Origin: a virus
Lineage: Duplodnaviria > Caudoviricetes
DNA: 51,384 bases
IMG/VR virus record: IMGVR_UViG_3300036792_000159
Coordinates: 1-51,384 of that record
Strand: one strand, 5' to 3'
Each line of letters starts with the position of its first letter. The first letter of the stretch is position 1. This document shows, piece by piece, positions 1 to 7,900 of this stretch. The notes beneath the pieces were generated by a model. It had not been told where the DNA came from. It worked only from the letters and a program-made list of their open reading frames with translations, and did no database searches. A program made the translations under genes and the position numbers.

Positions 1-127
1 TCACAACTATGGACAGAGATACACAAGGCGGCGGCAAGCCTACCCGCAAAGTCCACCCAAGCCAAAGGAAAGGCTACCAAGGGAAAGGCGCGAAAATCAT
101 CTCGCAAAAACACGTCGGGATCGGCCT
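1..127. repeat. Exact 127-bp terminal overlap (copy 1), indicating a circular assembly
   Basis: 1-127 is identical to 51258-51384, and an ORF reads through the junction. Confidence 0.97.
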
Positions 128-1305
128 CGTCGCAGACGACTTCCAAAACATCAGGAACCTCGCAAACATCCTCTCTCAAGAGATCACCAAAAGGGAGCAA
201 CTCGAAGAGCAACTCAAAAACCTCCGGGAAACGATCGAAGAAGTCTGCGAGATCGACCTCACGTAAAAAGCATGCTTTATCACCTAAAGAGTTATACCAA
301 GGGGTCACGTACAATGACTTCATCAAGCAACGGCTCAAGAAGCCCGAATGGCTCGTGGAATCCATTTGGAGCGAGACTGCGCACGGTGTACTCGCAGGTG
401 AACCCAAGACCTACAAGTCCGTCATATCTACCGACCTTGCTGTATCAATCGCATCCGGTACCCCCTTCCTCGGACAGTTCAAGATCCCGGCAACTGGTCC
501 TGTTCTGATCATCCAGGAGGAGAACGACCCCGGGGAGTTCCAAGACCGTCTCAACCGCATAGCATTCTCACGTGGCCTACTCGGCTCCGGCTCGATGGAT
601 GGAGACTACATCACGCTCAACCCCGACGTAGAGCTACCAATCACCATCTACAACAACCAGGGCTTCGACCTCACCGACAAACGTTCATTCGCCTTCTTAC
701 GTCGCAAGTGTCGAGAACTCAAGCCTGCCCTGATAATCCTCGATCCATTCTACCTGATGACTCCAGGCGTGGACGAGAACTCTGCCGCGCAGGTTGGCCC
801 GATCCTCTCACGCCTGCTCAAGCTCAAGCAGAACTACGGCGTCGGCATCCAACTCATACATCACTATCGCAAGCAGAACCTGGCCTCACCGATATATGGA
901 GCCGCGCGTATGTCAGGTACCGGCGTGTTCCATCGTTGGTTCGAGTCTGCCGTGTACGTGGAACGTGATCCTAAGGTGGAAAACACCGTACGTCTCGTAC
1001 CAGACCACCGAGGCCACGCACCGCAAGGCGCCGTCCGTTGTGCCTTCGACCTGGGTACCGACAGCGACTGGTACTACCACGTGGACATATCACGTGCCAA
1101 GTCCGACAAAGCCGAACAGCACACCAGATTGAAGAAACTCTTGGCCGAAGATCGCAAATGGACGATCAACGAGTTGAGGATGGAGATGGGGATGCAGTCC
1201 AGCAAGCCATTGCGTGAAATGCTACCAGACCACGGCTACACCGTCAAGAAGCTCACGTCAGGCAAGCGCGGACGGCCTGCTGAATATGTGGTATTTGGGG
1301 GCTGA
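1..1305 (+). CDS. 3' part of primase-helicase (Ser/Lys-rich linker plus AAA_25/RepA-type helicase); gene begins at 50448 across the junction
   Basis: Frame 1 is open from base 1; Walker A GEPKTYKS, Walker B LIILDP, LIHH motif; in frame with the ORF starting at 50448. Confidence 0.88.
   Translation, partial: SQLWTEIHKAAASLPAKSTQAKGKATKGKARKSSRKNTSGSASSQTTSKTSGTSQTSSLKRSPKGSNSKSNSKTSGKRSKKSARSTSRKKHALSPKELYQGVTYNDFIKQRLKKPEWLVESIWSETAHGVLAGEPKTYKSVISTDLAVSIASGTPFLGQFKIPATGPVLIIQEENDPGEFQDRLNRIAFSRGLLGSGSMDGDYITLNPDVELPITIYNNQGFDLTDKRSFAFLRRKCRELKPALIILDPFYLMTPGVDENSAAQVGPILSRLLKLKQNYGVGIQLIHHYRKQNLASPIYGAARMSGTGVFHRWFESAVYVERDPKVENTVRLVPDHRGHAPQGAVRCAFDLGTDSDWYYHVDISRAKSDKAEQHTRLKKLLAEDRKWTINELRMEMGMQSSKPLREMLPDHGYTVKKLTSGKRGRPAEYVVFGG
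9..266 (+). CDS. Nested -1-frame ORF with coiled-coil C-terminus (overprinted gene or frameshift extension)
   Basis: Protein-like heptads EITKREQLEEQLKNLRETIEEV; GAGGT upstream across the junction; in-phase GGGAAAG at 81-87. Confidence 0.4.
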   Translation: MDRDTQGGGKPTRKVHPSQRKGYQGKGAKIISQKHVGIGLVADDFQNIRNLANILSQEITKREQLEEQLKNLRETIEEVCEIDLT

Positions 1306-1424
1306 CTAATGGCAGTGAATCGCAAGCAAATCACCTTATGATTGCTCATTTGTTAAATAAAAACTCTAAGTATGTAAGAGACTTTATTTGTTAAATGAGG
1401 CTTCGCAAAGGATATCGCAGTCAG
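1302..1424. other. Candidate replication origin (AT-rich, with repeats)
   Basis: AT-rich gap after the primase-helicase; ATTTGTTAAAT at 1348 and 1386 within an imperfect palindrome. Confidence 0.5.
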
Positions 1425-1437
1425 ACGATAGTGCCCA

Positions 1438-2001
1438 ATGCCACGTAAAAATGAACCCCATAAGCCAGAGACCGTGGAGTTGATCCGCACTAAGGTGACG
1501 GCGGCACATCAACGTGCGCGGGAAGCGGCTGTTGACGTGGTGCGTGAGAAGCGGTGTACGGCGTGTGGAGAGTGGAAACCCTGCCTGCCAGGAGAGGCGT
1601 TCAGCATGCGGAAACGACGTCTGGCAGACGGTACTGTCAACGTGTACCCGGCGGGCGAATGCAAGCGGTGTGCCAGCAAACGTGCAGCCAAGCACAGGGA
1701 GGGTCTTGGCCGGGAGGAGATGAGAAAGCGCGAAGTGCAGTACCAGCGCACGTACAGGACGAAGCTCAAACAGCGCGAACGACTGCCTCTCGAGCCCATC
1801 GCAGTGTTCCTGGAGGAGCGGGTTCACAGGCATGGTATGTCTGCCATCGAGACGGCCACGGGGATAGATCACAAGATCCTCGGGGACGTGATCGATCGAA
1901 CGTACAAGTCCATAAGCCTACGCAAAGTAGATCGCATCCTAGTTGGGCTAAACTGTGTAGACCAGTTACACATACTATATCCGCAGGAGGGAGGGACATG
2001 A
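1438..2001 (+). CDS. Zn-finger plus C-terminal HTH-like DNA-binding protein
   Basis: CTACG...ECKRC; C-terminal helical segment MSAIETATGIDHKILGDVI. Confidence 0.6.
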   Translation: MPRKNEPHKPETVELIRTKVTAAHQRAREAAVDVVREKRCTACGEWKPCLPGEAFSMRKRRLADGTVNVYPAGECKRCASKRAAKHREGLGREEMRKREVQYQRTYRTKLKQRERLPLEPIAVFLEERVHRHGMSAIETATGIDHKILGDVIDRTYKSISLRKVDRILVGLNCVDQLHILYPQEGGT

Positions 2002-2246
2002 CCATACACCGCACACCGCAAGAACGGCGACTACAGAAACTAGCCGAGGAGCTCGCGCCCTTGGTAAATGCACGTGAAAGAGTCAAGAACCTCTACGACG
2101 CAATCACTGCCGTGCAGGCAGACGACCTCGCAGCCAGCTACTTCACCATGAACGGTCGAATCTCACTGAACTCCGTAGGACGTGGGGCCGACAGGGTGGC
2201 AACCAAACTCGAAGAGGACATAGACGCCTATGGCAAAGAGGAGTAA
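1998..2246 (+). CDS. Hypothetical protein
   Basis: GGAGG SD; ATGA overlap with the upstream stop. Confidence 0.65.
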   Translation: MTIHRTPQERRLQKLAEELAPLVNARERVKNLYDAITAVQADDLAASYFTMNGRISLNSVGRGADRVATKLEEDIDAYGKEE

Positions 2247-2499
2247 AACGGTCGAAGGCATGACGCCCGAGGTTCTCCTTGAGCACGAGGAAGCCTGGTA
2301 CAAACATCACGGCAACTGCACGATGATCGGTAGCTGGAGCGCCCGACTCAAAGGAAAGCGGCTCACGATCATCGTGTACAGGGTGAAACCCGAACCGAGG
2401 AAAGATCCTAAATATCACCTGCTCTCCCGCAAGGTGCGTACGCGTCTGGCAGTGGCCTACGGAGAACGGATGATCACCTCAGTGGATCTGGAGGACTGA
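2230..2499 (+). CDS. Hypothetical protein
   Basis: SD and tight packing. Confidence 0.6.
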   Translation: MAKRSKTVEGMTPEVLLEHEEAWYKHHGNCTMIGSWSARLKGKRLTIIVYRVKPEPRKDPKYHLLSRKVRTRLAVAYGERMITSVDLED

Positions 2500-2675
2500 T
2501 GCCTACCCTGCTGATAGAAGGGAAGAAGGTCGGACTCTGTGATATCACCTGGAACAGGTCTTCGGGAGAGTTCGACATCCACAACATCCACCCACCTGTG
2601 TTGAGAGATCTCTTGTTGAAATCTGCCGAGATCCACATCGAACAGCAGAACAAACCAAAGAAACGTCGCAAATAA
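2499..2675 (+). CDS. Small hypothetical protein (58 aa, MPTLLIEGKKVG...)
   Basis: GGAGG SD; TGATG overlap; fills the gap before the tRNA. Confidence 0.6.
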   Translation: MPTLLIEGKKVGLCDITWNRSSGEFDIHNIHPPVLRDLLLKSAEIHIEQQNKPKKRRK

Positions 2676-2681
2676 CTACAC

Positions 2682-2754
2682 GCCGCCTTAGCTCAGATGG
2701 TAGAGCACCGCACTTGTAAGGCGGGGGTCGTCGGTTCGATCCCGACAGGCGGCT
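2682..2754 (+). tRNA. tRNA-Thr(UGU)
   Basis: GCCGCCT/AGGCGGC acceptor stem, TAGCTCAGATGGTAGAGC D arm, CTTGTAA anticodon loop, GGTTCGATCCC T arm; no encoded CCA. Confidence 0.93.
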
Positions 2755-2870
2755 CTTACAAAGGAGGTGAATCATGCGAGGCCGCTAAGAACGGCGCAGG
2801 GGACAGACGGAATTACTTTCAGCGACTACCCCCGTCTGTCCCCACTTCAACCCAACCACAGGAGAGAACG

Positions 2871-3053
2871 ATGCCAAATTTGATGGAAGCAAAGGCAAAA
2901 CTCATAGCTGCGGCTCTTAATATCGCAGCCGACCACGAGAGAGAAACGTACGAGAACCCGAGCATGGGATCCGACGCACAGGCAGAGTTGGACGCCGAGA
3001 TATTCGACCGAGCCGTCGACGAGTACGTGGCTATAAAGGCGGTGGAAAAATGA
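2871..3053 (+). CDS. Hypothetical protein
   Basis: AGGAG SD before ATG 2871. Confidence 0.65.
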   Translation: MPNLMEAKAKLIAAALNIAADHERETYENPSMGSDAQAELDAEIFDRAVDEYVAIKAVEK

Positions 3054-3337
3054 AGCGACTGTACAACATCAGAAACTCCGAAGGTGGAGTGCTCGGACAG
3101 CTGGAGATAGAGCCCGATGGACTCGATCCTCTGAACCTCGTCCTGACTCCGATCGTGCAGATCGACAAGGACGTGGCTCCTGACATTGAAGCATTCCTCC
3201 TGTCGCCGCGTACCGAGCTGGATCCCAGGCCGAGGGAGACGGAGTGGCCCTACCGGCACCTGGGGTTCTGCGTGATAGATACCGGAGGACCCGACGTCAG
3301 GGAGACCCTCGAATTCGAGGAAAGAGGAATACTGTGA
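3050..3337 (+). CDS. Hypothetical protein
   Basis: ATGA overlap. Confidence 0.6.
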   Translation: MKRLYNIRNSEGGVLGQLEIEPDGLDPLNLVLTPIVQIDKDVAPDIEAFLLSPRTELDPRPRETEWPYRHLGFCVIDTGGPDVRETLEFEERGIL

Positions 3338-3489
3338 CAGGCTGCGAAAAGAGACGGTATCGCAAGAGGATCCAGGAGAAGGATACCGTCATGCGGTTCA
3401 TGCAGAGCAAGCGCGGTTATCTGCGGCCCTACTACCCGTTCGAGCATGCGGCAATGATGAAATGGTGGTTCAATGGCAGAGCCAGCTAA
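3334..3489 (+). CDS. Small hypothetical protein
   Basis: GTGA overlap; GAGG SD. Confidence 0.45.
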   Translation: MTGCEKRRYRKRIQEKDTVMRFMQSKRGYLRPYYPFEHAAMMKWWFNGRAS

Positions 3490-3724
3490 AGCCCAGCAGA
3501 TCCGTACGCTGCGCGTCCGTCTAACGCTCTACACGGGGATGGTACTAAGCAAGGAGTGGGGTCCAGGAGAGGTACTGCCAGAGGGCCTACGGGGGCTTAC
3601 AGTGCCTCCTACGTGGCTACAGAACCCGCACCGTAGAGAGCTACCCGACAACGTGACTGTACTGGAAGGTAATGTTGACTCGGGACACAGTTCAGACGCT
3701 GCTCACTGGATGGGGTTGGAGTGA
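3473..3724 (+). CDS. Hypothetical protein
   Basis: Operon packing. Confidence 0.55.
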   Translation: MAEPAKAQQIRTLRVRLTLYTGMVLSKEWGPGEVLPEGLRGLTVPPTWLQNPHRRELPDNVTVLEGNVDSGHSSDAAHWMGLE

Positions 3725-3906
3725 ACACGCGGCTGGTGGTTGTCAAGGACGGCGAAGAACTACCGGGGTTCTGTATCCGTGCCGGTGACCACGTAGTGCA
3801 GACTCACTACGATCACGGAGAGAAACTGATGACTGTCTACGTAGGACCCGAGGCCAAGTGGTGGAGGGTGATCTGGGAGAGGATGACTAGACGTGCCCAC
3901 GTTTGA
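3721..3906 (+). CDS. Hypothetical protein
   Basis: GTGA overlap. Confidence 0.55.
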   Translation: MNTRLVVVKDGEELPGFCIRAGDHVVQTHYDHGEKLMTVYVGPEAKWWRVIWERMTRRAHV

Positions 3907-4240
3907 GAAGACCGTAGACGAGGTTTTCGTCGGTACCTTCAGCGGTAGGGAACTCGATCCTACCTGGAGATATACCGACGAAGCAGGCCACCGACACTAC
4001 GCTGAAGGGAAGAACTACCCGACGCTCGAATGGTATGTAGATAGCATCGAATACTGCGATGAGTGCCAAGAAGATCACGAGAGCGGACACTGGGTCTGCC
4101 CCCTGTGCTTGGAGTCAATCAAGCCGGGAGAGCGGGCTGCGAAGCAGTACATACCCGGGATGGTTCACTACAAGATCGACGGCGTAGAGGTCGACGAGGA
4201 CAAATGGCATGAGGAGTACGAGAAGGCCTATGGAGGCTAG
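3893..4240 (+). CDS. Hypothetical Zn-binding protein
   Basis: CDEC...CPLC; GAGG SD. Confidence 0.6.
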   Translation: MPTFEKTVDEVFVGTFSGRELDPTWRYTDEAGHRHYAEGKNYPTLEWYVDSIEYCDECQEDHESGHWVCPLCLESIKPGERAAKQYIPGMVHYKIDGVEVDEDKWHEEYEKAYGG

Positions 4241-4466
4241 ACGACCGAAGCATGGGAAGCCGTCACAGATCTGGCAGCAGGATCACTCCGAATCGCGCAC
4301 AGGGATACAGGTGATCGACAGGGGAGACCCGAAGGACGACATCAAAGGCGTCCCGTTCGGGTTCTCACGCGCTCTCTACCCAAGCACAGGTAGGACAGAC
4401 GAGCTCGTGTCCGTCATCCCTCACGGATTCCCCGCATTCGGTGCAACGGTCTGGCCTGCCCTGTAG
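4230..4466 (+). CDS. Hypothetical protein
   Basis: Last gene of the + operon; overlaps a convergent gene. Confidence 0.4.
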   Translation: MEARRPKHGKPSQIWQQDHSESRTGIQVIDRGDPKDDIKGVPFGFSRALYPSTGRTDELVSVIPHGFPAFGATVWPAL

Positions 4467-4718
4467 CTCTGTCTGCACCGCCCGTAGGACGCGCTGCGCG
4501 GCTTCTGCGCGCCTGCCGGAGAGGTACTGGTACTCCCGCCCTACAACGGAGGCCAGCGCCCGTAGGTGCCTGCTACGCATCTGTCGAGGATGGCCCCCGC
4601 TGCGGAGGTAGGCAGACTGCGCCGGGGAGAGAGTGCCGGACAAACCAACCACGAGGTCGACCTGTTCCTGTAGAGCGGTCTTCCCTGAGCGGCGTCCCCC
4701 GATGATTACCTTACTCAC
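4365..4718 (-). CDS. Hypothetical protein with P-loop-like GRRSGKT and C-terminal Zn ribbon
   Basis: AAGGAG SD and GTG; CTEC...CPTC. Confidence 0.55.
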   Translation of the reverse strand: MSKVIIGGRRSGKTALQEQVDLVVGLSGTLSPAQSAYLRSGGHPRQMRSRHLRALASVVGREYQYLSGRRAEAAQRVLRAVQTELQGRPDRCTECGESVRDDGHELVCPTCAWVESA

Positions 4719-4828
4719 TTGTTGATCTCCTTCAAGGCTCTCTGAATAGCCAGCAGTAACCGGACAGTGCAGATCACTCCCCACAATGCCCAGGGAAGAC
4801 TTATGAAGAAAGCTAGCTCCCAAGTCAC
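4715..4828 (-). CDS. Small membrane peptide (37 aa)
   Basis: MTWELAFFISLPWALWGVICTVRLLLAIQRALKEINK; GTGA couplings at both ends. Confidence 0.55.
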   Translation of the reverse strand: MTWELAFFISLPWALWGVICTVRLLLAIQRALKEINK

Positions 4829-5079
4829 TTGTTGATCCTCCGAATGCGAGCGTTGTGTTCATTCTTGTATTCGAGCCAGCAACGCGACTTGCTGTCGACG
4901 AACAGACGATGGCAGGCATCCCATTCGGTCTGCTTCGTGGATATCGGGGCAGCTGGGTTATGCCCTTCCACGACGTGCGTGTGGGGGTGGATGCCGGTGA
5001 TAACCATGAACAGCGCTATCACGGCAACCAGTCCGAGGATGTTCCTCCAGAAGGCATATGCGAGTTTTACCAGCTTCAT
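4825..5079 (-). CDS. Membrane protein
   Basis: N-terminal TM helix; AGGAG SD. Confidence 0.65.
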   Translation of the reverse strand: MKLVKLAYAFWRNILGLVAVIALFMVITGIHPHTHVVEGHNPAAPISTKQTEWDACHRLFVDSKSRCWLEYKNEHNARIRRINK

Positions 5080-5270
5080 GGTTTTTCTCCTGACGTTGCT
5101 GCGCCAATCTCCTTGTCGGTGAGTCCGCTACCGAGAGGCTTCACGTTCAAAGCCGTGTGGTTCCACACCCTGCGTTGGCTGTAGGTCAGCCCCCACCACG
5201 TAGGAGGCGTCGTGTACTCTTCGCGCAGAGCGGCGGCCCGATACAGCGCGTATAGCTCGGATCCCTTCAT
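5076..5270 (-). CDS. Hypothetical protein, paralog of 5270-5488
   Basis: Shared WxxLTxxxRRxW motif. Confidence 0.6.
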   Translation of the reverse strand: MKGSELYALYRAAALREEYTTPPTWWGLTYSQRRVWNHTALNVKPLGSGLTDKEIGAATSGEKP

Positions 5271-5488
5271 CAGACTTGGCTGTCGTTGATGTCGTCTGCG
5301 CCGGGATGCTCTTCGGCTTCACGGAGCGCCTCGGAGTCCTTGAGCGGGATCGGATGTACCCCTCTCGCCATCTGATCCCATGCTCTACGATCTCCATCGG
5401 TGAGGTTCTCCCAACGGCGAATGCCGGACCAGCTGCCTTGATCAGCCTTGGCTTTCAAATAATGGGCGAATAGCTCGAATCCCTCCAT
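5270..5488 (-). CDS. Hypothetical protein
   Basis: AGGAGG SD; promoter upstream. Confidence 0.65.
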   Translation of the reverse strand: MEGFELFAHYLKAKADQGSWSGIRRWENLTDGDRRAWDQMARGVHPIPLKDSEALREAEEHPGADDINDSQV

Positions 5489-5523
5489 GATGCCTCCTGT
5501 GTTGGCGTTACGTAGACGGTTAC

Positions 5524-5552
5524 AGCTTACCACTCTGTGCGGTTTATTGCAA
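5524..5552 (-). promoter_or_regulatory. Sigma70-type promoter
   Basis: TTGCAA-N17-TAAGCT. Confidence 0.55.
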
Positions 5553-6254
5553 GCCTGGGGTAGGAGGGGGCGTTAGGTCTGCCCGTACCCCTGCACGGCC
5601 TCCCAGGGCGCTCCCTACGGCGCTGCTGTACTCCCTGCTACGTGCCTCCTTGGTCTGCACTCCCTTGTCCTTCATGAATTGCTCGTTGGCTGCTCTCTCG
5701 TTGCGAACAAGTTCCATCCCGTTGCCGGTGATCTGTTCTTCGCGCTCTGCCTGCAACCTTCTCACAATCACAGCAGTAGCACTATCGTAGAAGGCACGAC
5801 GGAAGGAGCGGGGTTTAGGCTCGGGGAGTCCTTCGAGCTCAGATTCCTCCTTGGCGTGATCAAACCCCGAAGACGCCTCTCCTTCGAGCCACGGGATGAG
5901 CGCGTCGGACAGCTTGCGTACGAACGTGATGTTCTCGGGCCTGCCCACTAGGACTACTCTCCATTTGAAACGGCCTAGCTGTTGGAAGTACCCGTCCACG
6001 AAACACTGATGACCCATGAGGATTGGCAGTTTCGCCTTCCACTCTGCCGTGCTGCCCTGGATGATAAAGTCCTCGTCGATGATGTCACCCTTGGCAGAAC
6101 GTCCCGAGACTTCACCCTCTTCGATGTTGTATTTCAACATCATCTCATGAGCACGGTGGGTGGCCAGCTCCCTCTCTGCCTCGGTGCCACCTCTGTCCTC
6201 GTCTGCCAGTTCCAGCAGCTTGGCGATACGCTCGATGATCTTTGCATCTGCCAT
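5544..6254 (-). CDS. DUF2786-like protein
   Basis: N-terminal IIERIAKLLELA...EAERELATHRAHEMMLKYNI signature. Confidence 0.75.
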   Translation of the reverse strand: MADAKIIERIAKLLELADEDRGGTEAERELATHRAHEMMLKYNIEEGEVSGRSAKGDIIDEDFIIQGSTAEWKAKLPILMGHQCFVDGYFQQLGRFKWRVVLVGRPENITFVRKLSDALIPWLEGEASSGFDHAKEESELEGLPEPKPRSFRRAFYDSATAVIVRRLQAEREEQITGNGMELVRNERAANEQFMKDKGVQTKEARSREYSSAVGSALGGRAGVRADLTPPPTPGLQ

Positions 6255-6766
6255 CAGTTTTTCCTCCTGCGATTAACAAAGTATTTTGCCAGCTCGTCCA
6301 TCGCGCTTTTGAAATCTACTTCGTCGAACAAGTCTTCCGAGACTTTGTGAATGTATTGCCCCCGGTCTTCTGGAGACCCCCCGGACTTGAATCGCGGGCT
6401 CGAATTCCAAAAAGCACTTTGAACATCATCAAAGACGATCTTGGCGTATTTCTCTCTCCACTCACCAGGATCCTCCCCGGTAAGAGTGAAGATCATTTCC
6501 CTACAGAGTTCACCGAACTCCCGAATCTTCGTCTCCTTGAAGTCCGCTTCCGCACACTCGAGGATCAGCTTCCATCCATGCACCGTAGGGGGATCACCGT
6601 CGGCAGCAGCGTCTGCGATGTAACGAAGCTCCAGGTTCCTCTCGGTCCACGGCTCGTGCTCTTCATCCTCCCAGAGCAACCCGTCGATCCAATCCCGTAC
6701 CTCCATCGTGAATGCGAGGATTTTGCCGTCGGGCAGTTTTGAAAGAGGAGGGCCATCGGGGGTCAT
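6254..6766 (-). CDS. Hypothetical protein
   Basis: Long ORF coupled to the downstream gene. Confidence 0.65.
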   Translation of the reverse strand: MTPDGPPLSKLPDGKILAFTMEVRDWIDGLLWEDEEHEPWTERNLELRYIADAAADGDPPTVHGWKLILECAEADFKETKIREFGELCREMIFTLTGEDPGEWREKYAKIVFDDVQSAFWNSSPRFKSGGSPEDRGQYIHKVSEDLFDEVDFKSAMDELAKYFVNRRRKN

Positions 6767-6771
6767 CGATT

Positions 6772-7062
6772 TTACCTTCCGGAGTATTCGCGGTTCTTTC
6801 GCAGGGCACCTTCGAGGTTGGCAACTTGCTCACCGAATTCCCCCACGGCGCGCTCGAACGTCTGCGCTGCCTCCAGCTGAACGTTCGCTATCTGTTCCCA
6901 CCGCTCTGCTTCTTTTTCCCACTCAGTAAGACGTTTGCTAGCGTCATGCGTGAACGTGTCGGCCCCTACCCTCTCGTCGAGTGGCTTGCGAGCCTGCTCT
7001 GCTGCGATGTCTTTAGTGGTGTGGCCTTGTTCAGCGGGGGTGCGGGGGTCGGTGCCTTCCAT
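6772..7062 (-). CDS. Coiled-coil hypothetical protein
   Basis: AGGAGG SD; TATACT -10 upstream. Confidence 0.65.
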   Translation of the reverse strand: MEGTDPRTPAEQGHTTKDIAAEQARKPLDERVGADTFTHDASKRLTEWEKEAERWEQIANVQLEAAQTFERAVGEFGEQVANLEGALRKNREYSGR

Positions 7063-7148
7063 GTCCTGCCTCCTGTGGTTAGGTTGTGCATAGGAGGCAA
7101 CAGTATAGCGCCTCTACAGCAAATACCGCAGGCACGTAGAGGCCAGAG

Positions 7149-7171
7149 AAAAGGCGCCCCGAAGGACGCCC
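7149..7171 (-). terminator. Intrinsic terminator
   Basis: GGCGTCC-TTCG-GGGCGCC-TTTT on the - strand. Confidence 0.8.
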
Positions 7172-7196
7172 TTTCCCGCCGACGTGTAGGGGGAGG

Positions 7197-7703
7197 CTAC
7201 TCGTCGTCCTCGTCCTCGTCGTCGTCCTTGGCGCTGGCCTTCATCGCCTTGACGATCGCTTTGGCTTCGGTTTTGTTGAAGGCGTACCGCCCGAGCTCCT
7301 CGTCTTTGGGGAACTTCTTCTTGTTCGCCTTTTTGCGGAGGAACAGACGGACGCTGCGAGCGTCGGTGTCTGCCATCTCTGCGACGTCCTGCGCGGACAG
7401 CTTGCCCTTGGGCATCTCCCGCGGGCCGGTCGGACCCCGTTTTTTCGATTTGGACTTGGTTTTGGATTTGGACTTTTTGCCTTTCCGCTTTTTCGCGGGC
7501 GGCTCGTCCTCCTCCTCGTCCTCGTCCTCCTCCTCTTCGTCGTCGTCCTCCTCGACGTCGTCCTCGTCCTCGTCCTCAGGCTCTTCGTCCTCCTCCTCGT
7601 CGTCCAGGTCGTCGAGGCCCTCAAGCTCCTCCAGCTCCTCCTCTTCGCGCTTCTGCTTCGCGCTCTTTTTGGATTTGCCGCGTTTTTTGGTTTTGGTAGC
7701 CAT
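7197..7703 (-). CDS. Basic/acidic charge-block protein with C-terminal HTH-like domain (alternative in-frame start at 7904)
   Basis: K-rich, long D/E tract, K-rich, then SAQDVAEMADTDARSVRLFLR...GRYAF; SD AAGGAAGG. Confidence 0.75.
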   Translation of the reverse strand: MATKTKKRGKSKKSAKQKREEEELEELEGLDDLDDEEEDEEPEDEDEDDVEEDDDEEEEDEDEEEDEPPAKKRKGKKSKSKTKSKSKKRGPTGPREMPKGKLSAQDVAEMADTDARSVRLFLRKKANKKKFPKDEELGRYAFNKTEAKAIVKAMKASAKDDDEDEDDE

Positions 7704-7900
7704 CTTGAATCCTTCCTTTGGTTCATTTAGTGGCGTGACACTTACTGCGGTGAAGACTGCAAGCCCTTTGCTGGTGACGAAGAACTCCCTCTTGGCGTCG
7801 GGGCGCTCTACCGAGTTTAACACGACCTGCTTGGTGGGGTGTTTCTTGCTCCGGTAGATTGCGGTCCACTGTGGACAGAGTAGCACGTCCAGCGCCGTGG

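Noticed and set aside
355-1305. Stand-alone 316-aa helicase as given in the ORF track
   Set aside because: The frame is open upstream across the junction to TTG 50448, so it is the C-terminal part of a primase-helicase
2697-2870. N-terminal extension of the 2871 gene and antisense ORF 2545-2775
   Set aside because: They overlap the tRNA and hairpin, and a good SD exists at 2871
6712-7857. 381-aa poly-Ser ORF on the + strand
   Set aside because: Antisense shadow of the GAC/GAG acidic tract in the real - strand gene
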